DNA from: Hydrolagus colliei
Lineage: Eukaryota
Assembly: GCA_035084275.1 (NCBI GenBank)
Contig: CM068756.1
Coordinates: 14,818,001 to 14,882,000 of the forward strand
DNA: 64,000 nt
Reading direction: 5' to 3'
Under the pieces are notes generated by a model. It ran no database searches and was not told where the DNA came from. It saw nothing but the letters and a program-made list of their open reading frames with translations. Shown here one piece after another: positions 10,740 to 23,329 of the stretch. Positions within the stretch are counted from its first letter, which is position 1. Each line of letters opens with the position of its first letter. Made by a program: the position numbers and the translations under genes.

Positions 10740-13700
10740 TTACACATCAACAGCAACTGTGGGCTGGGAAAGTAAAGCGAAAATCAACCAGGGTAGCAGG
10801 AGTTCAAATGGTTTGGCATTGAAGTGCTTGTGTTTTGCTTGGATTTGCCACAAATCCAATTGTGTTTGGATTGCCACAGTCATTTGGTCACCCAGGTCAG
10901 AGACAGAGAGGGGAAAGATAGAGAAGAAAGAAAGATTAACAACAGAAATATACAAACTAGTTGACAATAAACAGTGAAGTGAGATCCATTATATATAATA
11001 CAGCAAGTAATATACTGAGGTATACCTGGTCATACACAATGTTCTCGTCTTGTTTTTTCGGTCTTGTTTTTTTTTTTGCAACGATTCAAATCCATTTCGG
11101 AGTAAGTCACCATCTCATTCCCTGTTCCCTGCAGCTTCTGTAAAACAGAATATGATTCAGTGTTGCCATCACTGGTCTGGAGATTCCTGGGTAAGTATTG
11201 ATAAAAATGCCTCCACAAATAAATATTTTCACCTAAGTTTAAAATATTCAACACATAGCTTCTTATGACCGTGAGAATCCACCCAGTTTAGCAACTGTTC
11301 TAACTGTTCGGTAATCTACAGAATATGGGGTGTACATTTCCATATATGAGTGATGTCCCAGTGCCTCATATATTGACACACACAATAACAAATTTTACAC
11401 AACAAAAAATTCATGTGACTGTGCAGTGGCAGATTGCCAGCATCATATAACAGCCCAGGACACGGCCAGAGAATGAAGATTAGATGGCAAAGAAAGATTA
11501 ACCACAAAAATGTACAAACTAGTTTATTGTAAACATTGAAGTGAGGTCCACTATATATAAGGTAGCAGTTACTAATCTGAGATATACCTTTAGGTACACA
11601 ACATTCTCATCTTGTTTTTTAGGTCTTGGAGATTTTTTGCAACGATTCAAATCCATTTTGGCGTAAGTCACAGACTCAGTGCCTGCTCCCTGCAACGCCT
11701 GTAAAACAGAATGTGATTCAGTGTTGCCATCACTGGTCTGGACATTGCTTGATAAGTATTGATCAAAATGACCCCACAAATAAATAGTTTGACCTATGTT
11801 TCAAATATTTAGCATATAGACTCCAAATACTTTAGCAGTGACAGTCAATCAGTGTGGCAATTATTCATTGATGTACAGAAATATGAGGTGTACATTTCCA
11901 GATATGGTTGATATTACAGTGCCCCATTGATTGACGCAAACAATAACTAGTCTTACACAAAAATATCACATTGTCTTTCCAGTAGAACATCGTAACCAAC
12001 ATATCACAGCCCAGGATAGTGCCAGAGAGTGAAGATTAGAGGATATAGAAAGGTTCACCACACAAATATACAAATCCTCTTACAGTAAAAAATTTACTGA
12101 ATTTACATAATTCAATTGGACAGAAACGATTTCTGTTTTAAATATGCATTGCTCAAATATACCTGGGCATAAACAGTCCCCTCCTCTTGCCTTTTAGGCT
12201 TTAACTTTTTCTTGGAACTGGTTAAATTCAATGTGACACAAGACACCAGCTCATTCTTTGCTCCGTGGTTTGCCTATAAACAGAATGTGCTCACAAGAAA
12301 ACTATGTTGCATTCATAAATAATAAGTGAGATACATTATATAAAATATAGCAAGTAACATTCTGAGGTATACCTGGGCATACACAATGTTCTCGTCTTGT
12401 TTTTTCGGTCTTGGTTTTTTTTTGCAACGATTCAAATCCATTTCGGAGTAAGTCACCATCTCATTCCCTGTTCCCTGCAGCTTCTGTAAAACAGAATATG
12501 ATTCAGTGTTGCCATCACTGGTCTGGGGATTCCTGGGTAAGTATTGATCAAAATGCCCCCCACGAATAAATATTTTCACCTAAGTTTAAAATATTCAACA
12601 CATAGTTTCTTATGACCGTGAGAATCCACCCAGTTTAGCAACTGTTCTAACTGTTCGGTAATCTACAGAATATGGGGTGTACATTTCCATATATGAGTGA
12701 TGTCCCAGTGCCTCATATATTGACACACACAATAACTAATTTTACACAACAAACAATTCATGTGACTGTGCAGTGGCAGATTGCCAGCATCATATAACAG
12801 CCCAGGACACTGCCAGAGCATGAAGATTAGAGGGCAAAGAAAGATTAACCACAAAAATGTACAAACTAGTTTATTGTAAACATTGAAGTGAGGTCAGGTC
12901 CACTATATATAATGTAGCCGTACTATTCTGAGATATACCTTTATGTACACAACATTCTCATCTTGTTTTTTAGGTCTTGGAGATTTTTTGCAACGATTCA
13001 TATCCATTTTGGCATAAGTCACAGACTCAGTCCCTGCTCCCTGCAACGCCTGTAAAACAGAATGTGATTCAGTGTTGCCATCACTGGTTTGGACATTCCT
13101 GGATACGTATTGATCAAAATGCCCCACAAATAAATAGTTTGACCTATGTTTCAAATATTTAGCATATAGACTCCAAATACTTTAGCAGTGACAGTCAATC
13201 AGTGTGGCAATTATTCATTGATGTACAGAAATATGAGGTGTACATTTCCAGATATGGTTGATATTACAGTGCCCCATTGATTGACGCAAACAATAACTAG
13301 TCTTACACAAAAATACCATATTGTCTTTCCAGTAGAACATCGTAACCAACATATCACAGCCCAGGATAGTGCCAGAGAGTGAAGATTACAGGATATAGAA
13401 AGGTTCACCACAAAAATATACAAATCCTCTTACTGTAAAAAATTTACTGAATTTACATAATTCAATTGGACAGAAACGATTTCTGCTTTAAATATGCATT
13501 GCTCAAATATACCTGGGCATAAACAGTCCCCTCCGCTTGCCTTTTAGGCTTTAACGTTTTCTTGGAACTGGTTAAATTCAATGTGACACAAGACACCAGC
13601 TCATTCTTTGCTCCGTGGTTTGCCTATAAACAGAATGTGCTCACAAGAAAACTATGTTGCATTCATAAATAATAAGTGAGATACATTATATAAAATATAG

Positions 13701-16700
13701 CAAGTAACATTCTGAGTATACCTGGGCATACACAATGTTCTCGTCTTGTTTTTTTGGTCTTGGTTTTTTTTTGCAACGATTCAAATCCATTTCGGAGTAA
13801 GTCACCATCTCATTCCCTGTTCCCTGCAGCTTCTGTAAAACAGAATATGATTCAGTGTTGCCATCACTGGTCTGGAGATTCCTGGGTAAGTATTGATCAA
13901 AATGCCCCCACGAATAAATATTTTCACCGAAGTTTAAAATATTCCACATATAGCTTCTTATGACCGTGAGAATCCACCCAGTCTAGCAACTGTTCGGTAA
14001 TCTACAGAATATGAGGTGTACATTTCCATATATGGGTGATGTGGACTTTGGCATAGAGAGCACTATTTCCAAGTTTGCAGATGATACAAAGTTAGGTAGG
14101 GTAGTAAATGGTGAGGAGGACTGTAACCAACTGCAAGCAGACATACACAGATTGGTGGAATGGGCTGACATGTGGCAGACGGATTTTAATGTGGATAAGT
14201 ATGAGGTGATACACTTAGGTAGGAAAATTTATAGGAGGCAATATAGACTTGGTAGCTCAATTTTAAGTGGGGTGAACGTACAGAGAGATTTGGGTGTTCA
14301 AGTAAGCAAATCATTAAAGGTATCAGGGCAAATAGATAAGGCAGTATGACAGGCATTTGGTGCACTGAGCTTTATCAGTAGGGGCATAGAGTATAAGAGT
14401 AGGGAGGTTATGGTTAGTTAATCTATACAAAACACTGGTTAGGCCTCAGCTGGAGTACTGCGTTCAGTTCTGGGCCCCTTATTTCAGGAAGGACATTAAG
14501 GCACTGGAAAGGGTGCAGAGGAGATTCACGAGAATGATACCAGGAATGGGTTACCTTAGCTATGAGGACAGGCTGGAGAAGTTAGGACTTTTCCCATTAG
14601 GGCAGAGAAGGTAACGCGGAGACCTGATCGAGGTCTTCAAGATCATGAAAGGTTTTGACAGCTAGATAGGGAAAAGCTGTTTCTACTGGTAGGTGTGTGT
14701 GTGACCCGTGGTCACATTCTTAAGATATCTACCAAAAGAAGCAGAGGGGAGGTTAGAAGAATTTTTTTTACTCAGCGAGTTGTTCGAATTTGGAATGATC
14801 TGCCTGAAAGGGTAGTGAGGTCCGATTCGATAGCAGCTTTTAAGAGAGAACTAGATAGGTATCTGGGGAAGATGGGTTTGCAGGGTTATGGGGAGAAAGC
14901 TGGTGATTGGGGTTAATGAAAATGACTTGCACGGTCAAAGAGCCGGCACAGACTCGATGGGCCGAATGGCCTCCTTCTGTGCCGTAATATTCTATGATTC
15001 TATGTCCCAGTGCCTAATATATTGACACACACAATAACTAATTTCATACAACAAAAAAATCATGTGACTGTGCAGTGACGGTTGCCAACATCATATAACA
15101 GCCCAGGACACTGCCAGAGAGTGAAGATTAGAGGACAAAGAAAGATTAACCACAAAAATGTACAAACTAGTTTATTGTAAACATTGAAGTGAGCTCCACT
15201 ATATATAATGTAGCAGTTAATATTCTGTGATATACCATTGCGTACACAACGTTCTCATCTTGTTTTTTAAGTTTGGGAGATTTTTTGCAACGATTCAAAT
15301 CCATTTTGGCGTAAGTCACGGACTCAGTCCCTGCTCCCTGCAGCGTCTGTAAAACAAAATGTGATTCAGTGTTGCCATCACTGGTCTGGACATTCCTGGA
15401 TAAGTGTTGATCAAAATGCCCCCACAAATAAATAGTTCGACCTATGTTTCTAATATTTAGCATATAGACTCCAAATACTTTAGCAGTGACAGTCAATCAG
15501 TGTGGCAATTATTCATTGATGTACAGAAATATGAGGTGTACATTTCCAGATATGGTTGATATTACAGTGCCCCATTGATTGACGCAAACAATAACTAGTC
15601 TTACACAAAAATACAATTTTGGCTTTCCAGTAGAACATCCTATCCAACATATCACAGCTCAGGACAGTGCCAGAGAGTGAAGATTACAGGATAAAGAAAG
15701 GTTAACCACAAAAATGTACAAACTTTCTGATAGTAAAAATTTAATTCAGTCCCATTGGTTACTGAAGTGATATAATTCAATTGGATAGAAAATATTTCTC
15801 TTTTGAATTTGCATTGCTCAAATATACCTGGGCATAATCAGTCCCCTCCTCTTGCCTTTTAGGTTTTAAAGTTTTCTTGGAACTGGTTAAATTCAACGTG
15901 ACACAAGACACCGGCTCATTCATTGCTCCGTGGATTGCCTATAAAACAGAATGTGATCACAAGAAAACTATGTTGCATTCATATATAATAATAATCCTTG
16001 CATTTGATATTGCGGTTTTCACATCTTCTAGACGTCTGAAAGCGCTTCACAGAATATAATGTAAAGTGAATTGACTGTATCTTTGTGGTTGAGATGGGCA
16101 GCCAAATGTGCACAGCAGCGTCCCACAGTGTCCCACAGTTGTGGATTGAAATGAGCAACTACAAAAAATTTGGACGGATTATTATTAGGCATGTGGAGTA
16201 AGGAAACTTGCATATGGTTTCACCCTAATCTGCCTGGATTTGGACACGGTCTCACACTTGTAAGGCGAGTGCTCTAATCACTGAGCCACAGGAGCTCCAC
16301 ATAAAGTATCTTTCATGCCTGAATGTTATTCTGAGTCATTTAGAGATTGTTGTTTCTATTGCTTTGTAAATTGTTGAGTACGTATCCATCGGAAAGCCCT
16401 CGATAATAAATACTTTTACTAAAGCTGATCATTTTTAATGTATAGCTTTTACACACAGTATTACATTTCTATTGAATATTGTGTCACGAATTGCACCAAA
16501 CTGTGTGGTTCATTATTCAATATTAATTCGAGGCCACACAGATAGACAGAGGGAAGATATTCAACGCGTTGTTGTTTCTTAATCATGAACCATATCTGTC
16601 CAATACTATAATTCTGTTTCCAGCTGAAATATCCACTGAAATCAATATAAGAAATGTACCTGTTCTTCGCATTGGCCCGATAAGGTCTGGTTTCCTCGTG

Positions 16701-19700
16701 AGCCTTGGAAAGAAATTCAAAAAATATTCATCTAAATTCTACGTAAATAATAACAAATATATTTTGGTTACACCAATATTATGTCGAGCATTGGTTAACC
16801 CACTTGGAAAAGATGCCAAGGAATGAATGTGGTGCAGAATAGGTTTACCAGGATGATAGCAGTGGATGATGATATGCCCTATGAGCAGAAACTTTCGCCT
16901 TGTAAGATACCTACAAAATGGGAAATGTGGAGGTTTATTTTTCTCTTTTCCTCAACTATCACACTCAACCAGGTATTTCATATCCTAACTAGAAGGGTAC
17001 TGTAGTTATGGTGTGGAATACCACGTTTCATGTGATGGTTTGGGCAAATTACACATTCAGTTTCAAGAGAACACGAGAGGAAATAACCTAAATCAATTCA
17101 ACTGCAAGGATATTTTCCATGATTATTTTGAAATTGTCACGCAGTTTACTGTTAAGAAATCCTGTTTATCTATATTGCAAACAGAATCCTAAATCTGAGT
17201 TCTACAATCGAATTTCTGCCGATTGATCCTTGATACTTTTCTCAAATTATATACTGTACACACTCTGGATTTTGATTTATCGGGCTCAATTTCTGAATTT
17301 GCTCATGAGACAAATGTGCAACAGTGAAGAGGATTGCAATTTCATTGAAGTGATATGAAAACCAGCACATTGTACAGAGACATAGAGATGGCAGGTGAAA
17401 CTGGGCATTTGTGGATGTGTGACCGGTTGGGTGGTTTCACAGAGTGCTGAGGGGAATGTGGCCCAGGCGGATTAGAAAATAATACATTTTGTAAAATAAT
17501 ACATTGTCTAAAACTGTTTAATTCTAGCCGTAAGTGGAAACAAATAGGTGAATGGGATGTGAATTATTTAAGGAGAGAACAGAGACATGGTTGCTGAAGC
17601 TCAATCACAGCACATTTGAGATGTTCGTTGCATGGCAATTTCTAGTTGAACGTGCAGCCAAATCAATACAGGGTGAGTTTCTGTGAGGACATTTCTATAT
17701 GACAATTAATCGCTTCACGTAAATCATTTGGGTAGCTTTACAGGTGACTGCTCTCTCATTGTCACGTCTCGTCTATGAAATGAATTATTCTATCAAATTA
17801 ACGTAAATCTAATAGCAATTTGTCTTACCTTTCATTATGTGTAATTGGCATTCATTCCCCAATATGATCAAAAGTAGCAGAAATATCAGCCCTCCAACTA
17901 CACATCCAGCGATCAGTCTATATTTCTCTGCAAAAACAGCACGAACTGAATATGTCAGTGTCTCCAGCAATGAGTTATACATTCATTACCTGCATCATAT
18001 CAGAAATGTTTAAGCAGAAACAGTTTTTTTTTAAATGAACATTTGTTAAAGAAAATTTAACAGTGTGAGAGACGAAAGAGTAAATTCAAAGCGTGTCAAG
18101 CGAAGTTGAATATTATTGTACACAAATATTTCAATCCAGTATTCGGCTAGAAATGTATTTGATTATAGAATTATATATTGCAATTTTCTGTGCAAATAAG
18201 TGTAAATATATTTTGAAAAGTAATTTAGTAATCAACAATTGTATTTAGGAAATTACATTCGTTGGAACTGGAAACTGTAATACGATAAGTTTACCTACAA
18301 TTTGAAATAAAAAGGTGTTTAAGTAAAAAAGAAAGTCAGTAAGACAGGTAGGCATCCTACCATGCAATCCTTCCTTGTGTTTAGGAACGGCGTAATGGGC
18401 AACCACTGGATTCGGGTGGCAGACATGAGATGCCAGACAGGTATAAACAACCCCGCTCTCTAAAGGCTGGGTCTCTTCCATAGAGCTGGAGACTTCGTAA
18501 AGTCCATTCGAATTTATTTCTTTAGTGAGATTGATCCCAGTTCTAACTTCATTCCCATCTTTAAACCACACGAGCGTTATATTCCCCGGGGAAAACGCAG
18601 CCGTTTTACACACAAGAGACTGAGGCTTTGATGAATCACTTTCAGAATCTCTGGGGATTATCTTCAGCGGGGTCGGGGACACTGTAGGGCAGAGAATGGA
18701 GCAGAATCGTGTCACTTGTGATCAATTGGAATATAAACATTATTCTAATTTGAATTGTATAATAACTATTTCCTTGGAGGGTTTAGAAAGTTAAGGTACA
18801 TAATTTTAACATTGCGATTTTCAGAAATGGCGCGGAAATCTTCCCATCACATGGAATAATTTTGTTGTGAAATCCAGTCCACAGCGGCTTCAGATGCAGA
18901 ATTAAGTGGAATATTTAACAGCGAGGCAGACCATAGCTGTAAAGAGTTTGGGGAGAGGTGAAGACATTGGAGTAAAAGCTCTGCCACCTTTCTGCAGCAG
19001 AAAAACCTGTAGTTTAGGAGCATAAAGTTCCCGAATTCATTCCCGAAATCCATCTTCCTCCCCCTTCCGTCTCTACAGTTAATCCCATCTGAATACACAC
19101 CTCTCTCAGTGTCTTTTCGGCCACTCTCCCATCCCAGGTGGATTATAGCTCCGGCTGCCATGAATTCTTTGCCAAGCGCTTTAAGATGCTCTCCCAACAG
19201 TGAGCTATATTAACGTAAATTCAAGTAAATCTACAGTGAAGATCTCAGGCAAATCATGTCACTTACCACAAACAGTTAATTTCGAACCAGTTCCATTAAC
19301 CGCTCTATTACCCGGAATGACCAGGCTACAGTAATACATCCCAGAGACCTGGATGTCTGCAGCCAGGAGATTGAAGAAGGCGCTTCTTGAACCATTGAAA
19401 CCAAATTCTTTCGTTTGATCCTCTCTGAGGAATCCATTCTCTCCCATCTTCCACCAGTGAACTCTCACACTCTTGGTGCTATGGAAGGCACAGGAGAACG
19501 TCGCCTTCTCACCTCTGTTGACAATGATATGATCCGGTTGTTGTGTCACTGTGAACACTGTACAGTCAGCAGCTGTCAGAAATAAATTCAAACATTGTTT
19601 TAAAACAAAATACAACGAAATACACACAGAGCAAGTTAGAGATGCTCTTCGCTTATTCATGGATGTAAATAAAATGGGAACTTGATCTTTATTCTGTTTC

Positions 19701-19788
19701 TGAAAACTGATATATTGAATAATCACAAACCTTTAGAAATGATCCACACTGTGAGAGACAGACACTGAAACACAACACTCGCCAACAT
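10740..19788 (-). CDS. Receptor gene A: non-rearranging VJ-C1-TM IgSF receptor with expanded tyrosine-motif tail (SIRP/NKp30-like architecture)
   Basis: Exons, all GT-AG and phase-compatible: L 19788-19731, V 19572-19267, C1 18681-18361, TM 17927-17829, linker 16703-16660, nine tail exons (see repeat feature), candidate last exon 10763-10740 (PTVAVDV*). The last tail exon is 112 nt (+1). Confidence 0.8.
11026..15938 (-). repeat. Triplicated ~1.35-kb unit containing three paralogous 111-nt phase-0 cytoplasmic exons (X,Y,Z)x3
   Basis: X 15938-15828, Y 15346-15236, Z 13832-13722, X 13623-13513, Y 13049-12939, Z 12483-12373, X 12273-12163, Y 11698-11588, Z 11137-11026. Each has a pyrimidine-rich ..(t/c)ag acceptor and a gtata donor; introns are duplicated too. 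Confidence 0.9.
14043..15004 (+). mobile_element. 5'-truncated CR1 LINE
   Basis: ISKFADDTKLG RT motif, CR1 3' end GAATGGCCTCCTTCTGTG..ATTCTATGATTCTATG; it interrupts GTGATGT|CCCAGTGCC, which is intact in the sister repeats. Confidence 0.92.
15985..16300 (-). mobile_element. tRNA-derived SINE with L2 tail
   Basis: Full head-to-tail match to 22808-23110 in reverse orientation. Confidence 0.85.
16660..16703 (-). CDS. Gene A 44-nt phase 1-0 juxtamembrane exon (GSRGNQTLSGQCEEQ)
   Basis: ctttccaag| ... CAG|gtacat; same length and phase in B (31221-31178) and C (50890-50847). Confidence 0.8.
17829..17927 (-). CDS. Gene A transmembrane exon (EKYRLIAGCVVGGLIFLLLLIILGNECQLHIMK)
   Basis: tttttgcag| acceptor, G|gtaag donor, ~20-aa hydrophobic stretch, paralogous to B and C. 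Confidence 0.85.
18361..18681 (-). CDS. Gene A Ig C1-set exon
   Basis: LVCKTAAFSPGNITLVWFKDG...GLYEVSSS...YTCLASH: C1-set CxxxxFxPxxIxxxW and YxCxxxH; 321 nt, phase 1-1. Confidence 0.92.
19267..19572 (-). CDS. Gene A Ig V-set exon with germline-joined J-like G strand
   Basis: VTQQP..FSC..HWW..DIQVSGMYYC..NGTGSKLTV; 306 nt, phase 1-1; no RSS seen. Confidence 0.92.
19731..19788 (-). CDS. Gene A leader exon (MLASVVFQCLSLTVWIISK)
   Basis: ATG at 19788, G|gtttgt donor, hydrophobic; ETS site ACTTCCTG at 19881-19888 upstream. Confidence 0.8.
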
Positions 19789-20009
19789 CCTGATCTGTGA
19801 CTGAGACTAAGCCTAAAGCTGTGGCTGGACTGTGACCAGGGGTTGGAGTTGATCGAGATGAGATGTGAGAGTCATGTTTGACTTCCTGTCCCTGTGGGCG
19901 CAGCTTGCGCTCTGTTTTAAGAAAAATGTTTCCAGACTTTCACCTTATGTGAGATACATATGAGAAGACAATTCGCCATTTGCTCACATGGCTGGAGAGC
20001 CAACCTTGC

Positions 20010-20330
20010 CTATTAGTTGTTGAGAGCTCGTTTCTCTAACACTTGGGATCATTATCGTTGCTTTTCTCTCCTTCCTCCTGAACTGGCTTCAGGGAATCTC
20101 CTAAATTACTGTGACCAAAACTCTCGCTATCCCACTAGTCCTTGTCAGACTCCACTGGCTCCCTGTCACAAAACGGATCGACTTCAAGATTCTTACACTC
20201 GTCTGCAAAATACTGCCTGCCCTCCTCCTTCCTGATGTAGTCAACCGATCTTTCATCCACTCCTCCCTGAAACTATGGGACTCTCTCATTCATCCCCCCA
20301 TCTTGTCCCTCCTTCCCTTATTCATATGAT
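20010..20330 (+). mobile_element. L2 3' fragment upstream of gene A (paralog at 35345-35660 upstream of gene B)
   Basis: LHWLPVTKRIDFKILTLV L2 motif; duplicated together with the gene. Confidence 0.7.
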
Positions 20331-21124
20331 GATGGAAATTTTGATTTTTAAGCGTGCTTAACCCTCACCTCTTCCCCACCCAGTCACAGTGCGACAAGCA
20401 CCGCGTTAAGCTATCGGAGACTTCAAACCGTGTGAAGGATGCTGTATACATGTTGTTGTTTCATTCCATAACGGTATGAGCGAATGCTTATTTTAGTCTT
20501 CAACTTATTTGTTAAACAAATCTTTCGTTTATACAAATGTCAATGAACCCAACCATTCGTTACTAGAAGAGAAGCCATTAAATAGTTCTCAAGAGAATGA
20601 AGCTGACATTGACATAGATCAACTTGATGGTGAAGCTCCCAGCTCAAGGCGTTTAATGCAACATGTGCCCGAGTCCATTACATTTGACTGATTCCAGAAC
20701 AGAAGGTTCTGTTGATTCCATGGGTTTAATTTCCCAATTAATGTAAAAATCTATGCACGAAACATTGTTATGAATATTACTGTTGAATCAACCTGTATTT
20801 TGTTTGATTTTCTCCCGGTTTCCTGGCCAACGACCCCGGGTAAAAGTTTTTTTTTTATTCATAAAAAACGTAAAATGCCGCGAATAATGGAAATCTGAAA
20901 TCGCTGGCAACACTAGGCGGCATCTATAGAGAAAGGAAAAGTGGATAAACCTTTAGGGTCCATCACCCTTCACCAGAGCTCCCAGCGATTTCTGTTTTTG
21001 GTTTCTTTCTAATTTATTTCATGACTGTCTGTAAGACATTGCTGTGCAAAATTGGCTACCTTGTTCCCCTACTGGAGCCTATCAAAAAGTACACTAAATC
21101 CTGAGAAATGCCATCGCCATGCTT

Positions 21125-22170
21125 CAAACCAACTCCGTGCCCACCTCTCCTCCCACTCCCTCTTCCAACCGCTCCAGTCCAGTTTCCACCCTGCCCACAA
21201 TACGGAGACTGCTCCTCTCGATCTGCAACCAGGGCTCCCTCTGCCTCCTTATTCTCCTGGATCTGTCCACTGCGTTTGACAGAGTCAACCACACCATCCT
21301 CCTCCACCACCTGTCCTCCGTCATCCACCTCAGTGGGACCGCACTCGCCTGGTTCGAGTCCTACCTCACAAACCGCCAGCAGTACATCTCCACAAACGTC
21401 TTTTCCTCGCGTTGTTACACAGTTACCTGCGGGGTACCCCAGGGATCCATCCTTGCCCCCCTCCCCTTCCTCATCTATATGCTCCCTCTTGGGAATGTCA
21501 TCTACAGACATGGGACACACTTCCACATGTACGGGGATGACACCCAACTCTATTTCTCTACTTCACTATGCGACCCCCCAGACCCCTGATGTACTGTCCG
21601 CCTGCCTGTCAGACATCAGGAGCTGGATGAGCGCAAATTTCTTGCAGCTAAATGTTGACGAGACGGAGGACATACTCTTTGGCTCTCGTCCATGTCTCGT
21701 TCGCATGACTCTCACCTGCTCCAGCTTCCCGGTCTGTCCCTAAAACTCTCCGAGCCTGTGTACAACATTGGCATCAGGTTCGATCCCCAACTGTCCTTCC
21801 TGATATGGGGGACCATATCACGTCCCTTACCAGCACCGCCTTCTTCCACCTCTGACAGATCGCCCATCTCCGGCAATACCTCACCCCAAAAGCCGCTGAA
21901 ACCCTGGTCCATGCCTTCGTCACCTCTCGGCTGGACTATTCCAATGCCATCCTCGCCGGTCTCCCCTCCACCACAATCCATAAAATCCAACTCATTCAAA
22001 ACTCTACGCCCGTATACTCACCTGCACCAAACTTCACTCCACCATTACCCCAGTCCTTGCCAGACTTCACTTGCTCCCTATCCCAGAGAGGATCAACTTC
22101 AAGATCCTCACCCTTGTCTTCAAATCCCTCCACTCCTCTCCAATCTCCTACCTCTCTGACCTTCTCTCTC
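21125..22170 (+). mobile_element. L2 LINE RT region, frameshifted
   Basis: LLDLSTAFDRVNHTILL, GVPQGSIL, YGDDTQLY, WMSANFLQLN motifs spread over shifted frames. Confidence 0.9.
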
Positions 22171-22807
22171 CTAACCTAAACCTGAAACCTTAATTCTAGC
22201 TATATTCTGACTCCTAAATGGTATAAAGGAAATGGACCCAACTATGTTTGATATAGTATAACAGTCCATAATTTCTTAATCAGCTGGTTCCACCAGTCAA
22301 AGCATTTCCAACAGCATCATTCAATCACTTCTAAACGCTTCTTCCTTACTTCATCTATAATTCAAGAAGCAATGCAATTGTTAACAATCCTTTGATTCTA
22401 TGAGAAATTCCATTTGGCAGAAGTTCAAAAAAAGTATCAAAGCAGCAAAAATTGATGCTATGTTTGAGAGAAGGAGGAAGAAATCTCATTCAATTGCTTC
22501 CGCAGCCTTTGGGTCCAAATGCAATCAGGTTTGAATCCATCTAATGTGTTTGACCCTAAACCTGAAACCCAACACTGCAATGGGATCATTTAATTTAATT
22601 CCACTTCTGCGCCTGCTTTCACGTCATTTAACGCGCTTTCGGAATAGTTATGCTAAAGTGCAAAGTAATTTATAGATAAGGCCTTGTGATATTGTGATGG
22701 TAGGAGATAGAGGGACACTGACGCCAAGTGAGAGGTGATGAGCAAGCTAATAGCTGTCTAATTCCCCCTGAAATCAATACATCAACACACCATTGTCACC
22801 TATGATT

Positions 22808-23110
22808 GAGCTCCAGTAGCACAGTGGTTAGAGCACGCGTCTTACAAGCATGAGACCTATGTTCGAATCCAGGTAGACCAGGGCAAAACTTTAGCCAAGT
22901 TTCCTTACTCCACACGCCTAATAATAATACCTCAAAAAACACATAAACAAAATTGGTCGTTTCAATCCACGACTGCTGGCTGCCGCGTTTTGCCCACAAA
23001 TATACAGTCAATTCAATTTACAGTATATTCTGTGAAGCGCTTTGAGACGTTGATAAGATGTGAAAAGCGCTACATCATATGCAAGGATTATTATTATTAA
23101 GAATAATAAT
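22808..23110 (+). mobile_element. tRNA-derived SINE (Val-like head) with L2-type tail
   Basis: A-box AGCACAGTGGTTAGAGC, loop CTTACAA, B-box GTTCGAATCC, ~230-nt non-tRNA body, GAAGCGCTTTGAGACG tail and (ATT)n. Confidence 0.88.
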
Positions 23111-23329
23111 TGTAATCAATGCTGCTGTTCATGCTGACAATATAAAATGTTTACATGGAGACTGCCGGCCTAAAATGTTTAGCTATAATTTTACGCGACA
23201 GTTAACACATATTTGGACAACACAGTTTACATCGATATCTTGCATTTCACGTTGGAAAGACGTCTGAAAGCGCTTGACAGTATCTGTTGGACACCCGAGC
23301 TAGAGACGGAAACCCAAATACCATATAAG

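Noticed and set aside
11026-15938. Tandem repeats as a CRISPR array or simple satellite
   Set aside because: Eukaryotic context; units are ~1.35 kb exon-intron duplications with no short repeat-spacer structure.
17735-17775. Candidate small exon GDNERAVT after the TM (paralogs near 32600 and 52490)
   Set aside because: Acceptor and phase are inconsistent among paralogs and give early stops. The 44-nt exon gives a consistent phase 1-0 link in all three genes.
18847-19197. ORF in the V-C1 intron (paralog near 34225-34520) as an extra exon
   Set aside because: No Ig motifs, the frame is not conserved between A and B, and no compatible splice pair was found.
19540-19562. CACAGTG followed by ACACAACAACC inside the V exon, as a recombination signal
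   Set aside because: The nonamer-like string starts 2 nt after the heptamer (no 12/23 spacer) and it is coding sequence (FTVTQQP). Other CACAGTG sites I checked also lack a properly spaced nonamer, but no formal RSS scan was run.
21119-21589. L2/CR1 RT ORFs (also 14011, 27432, 46964) as active retroelements or host genes
   Set aside because: All are truncated with frameshifts or stops.
22808-22885. tRNA-Val gene
   Set aside because: The tRNA-like head runs into a SINE body and L2 tail and occurs in many diverged copies, so it is a SINE.
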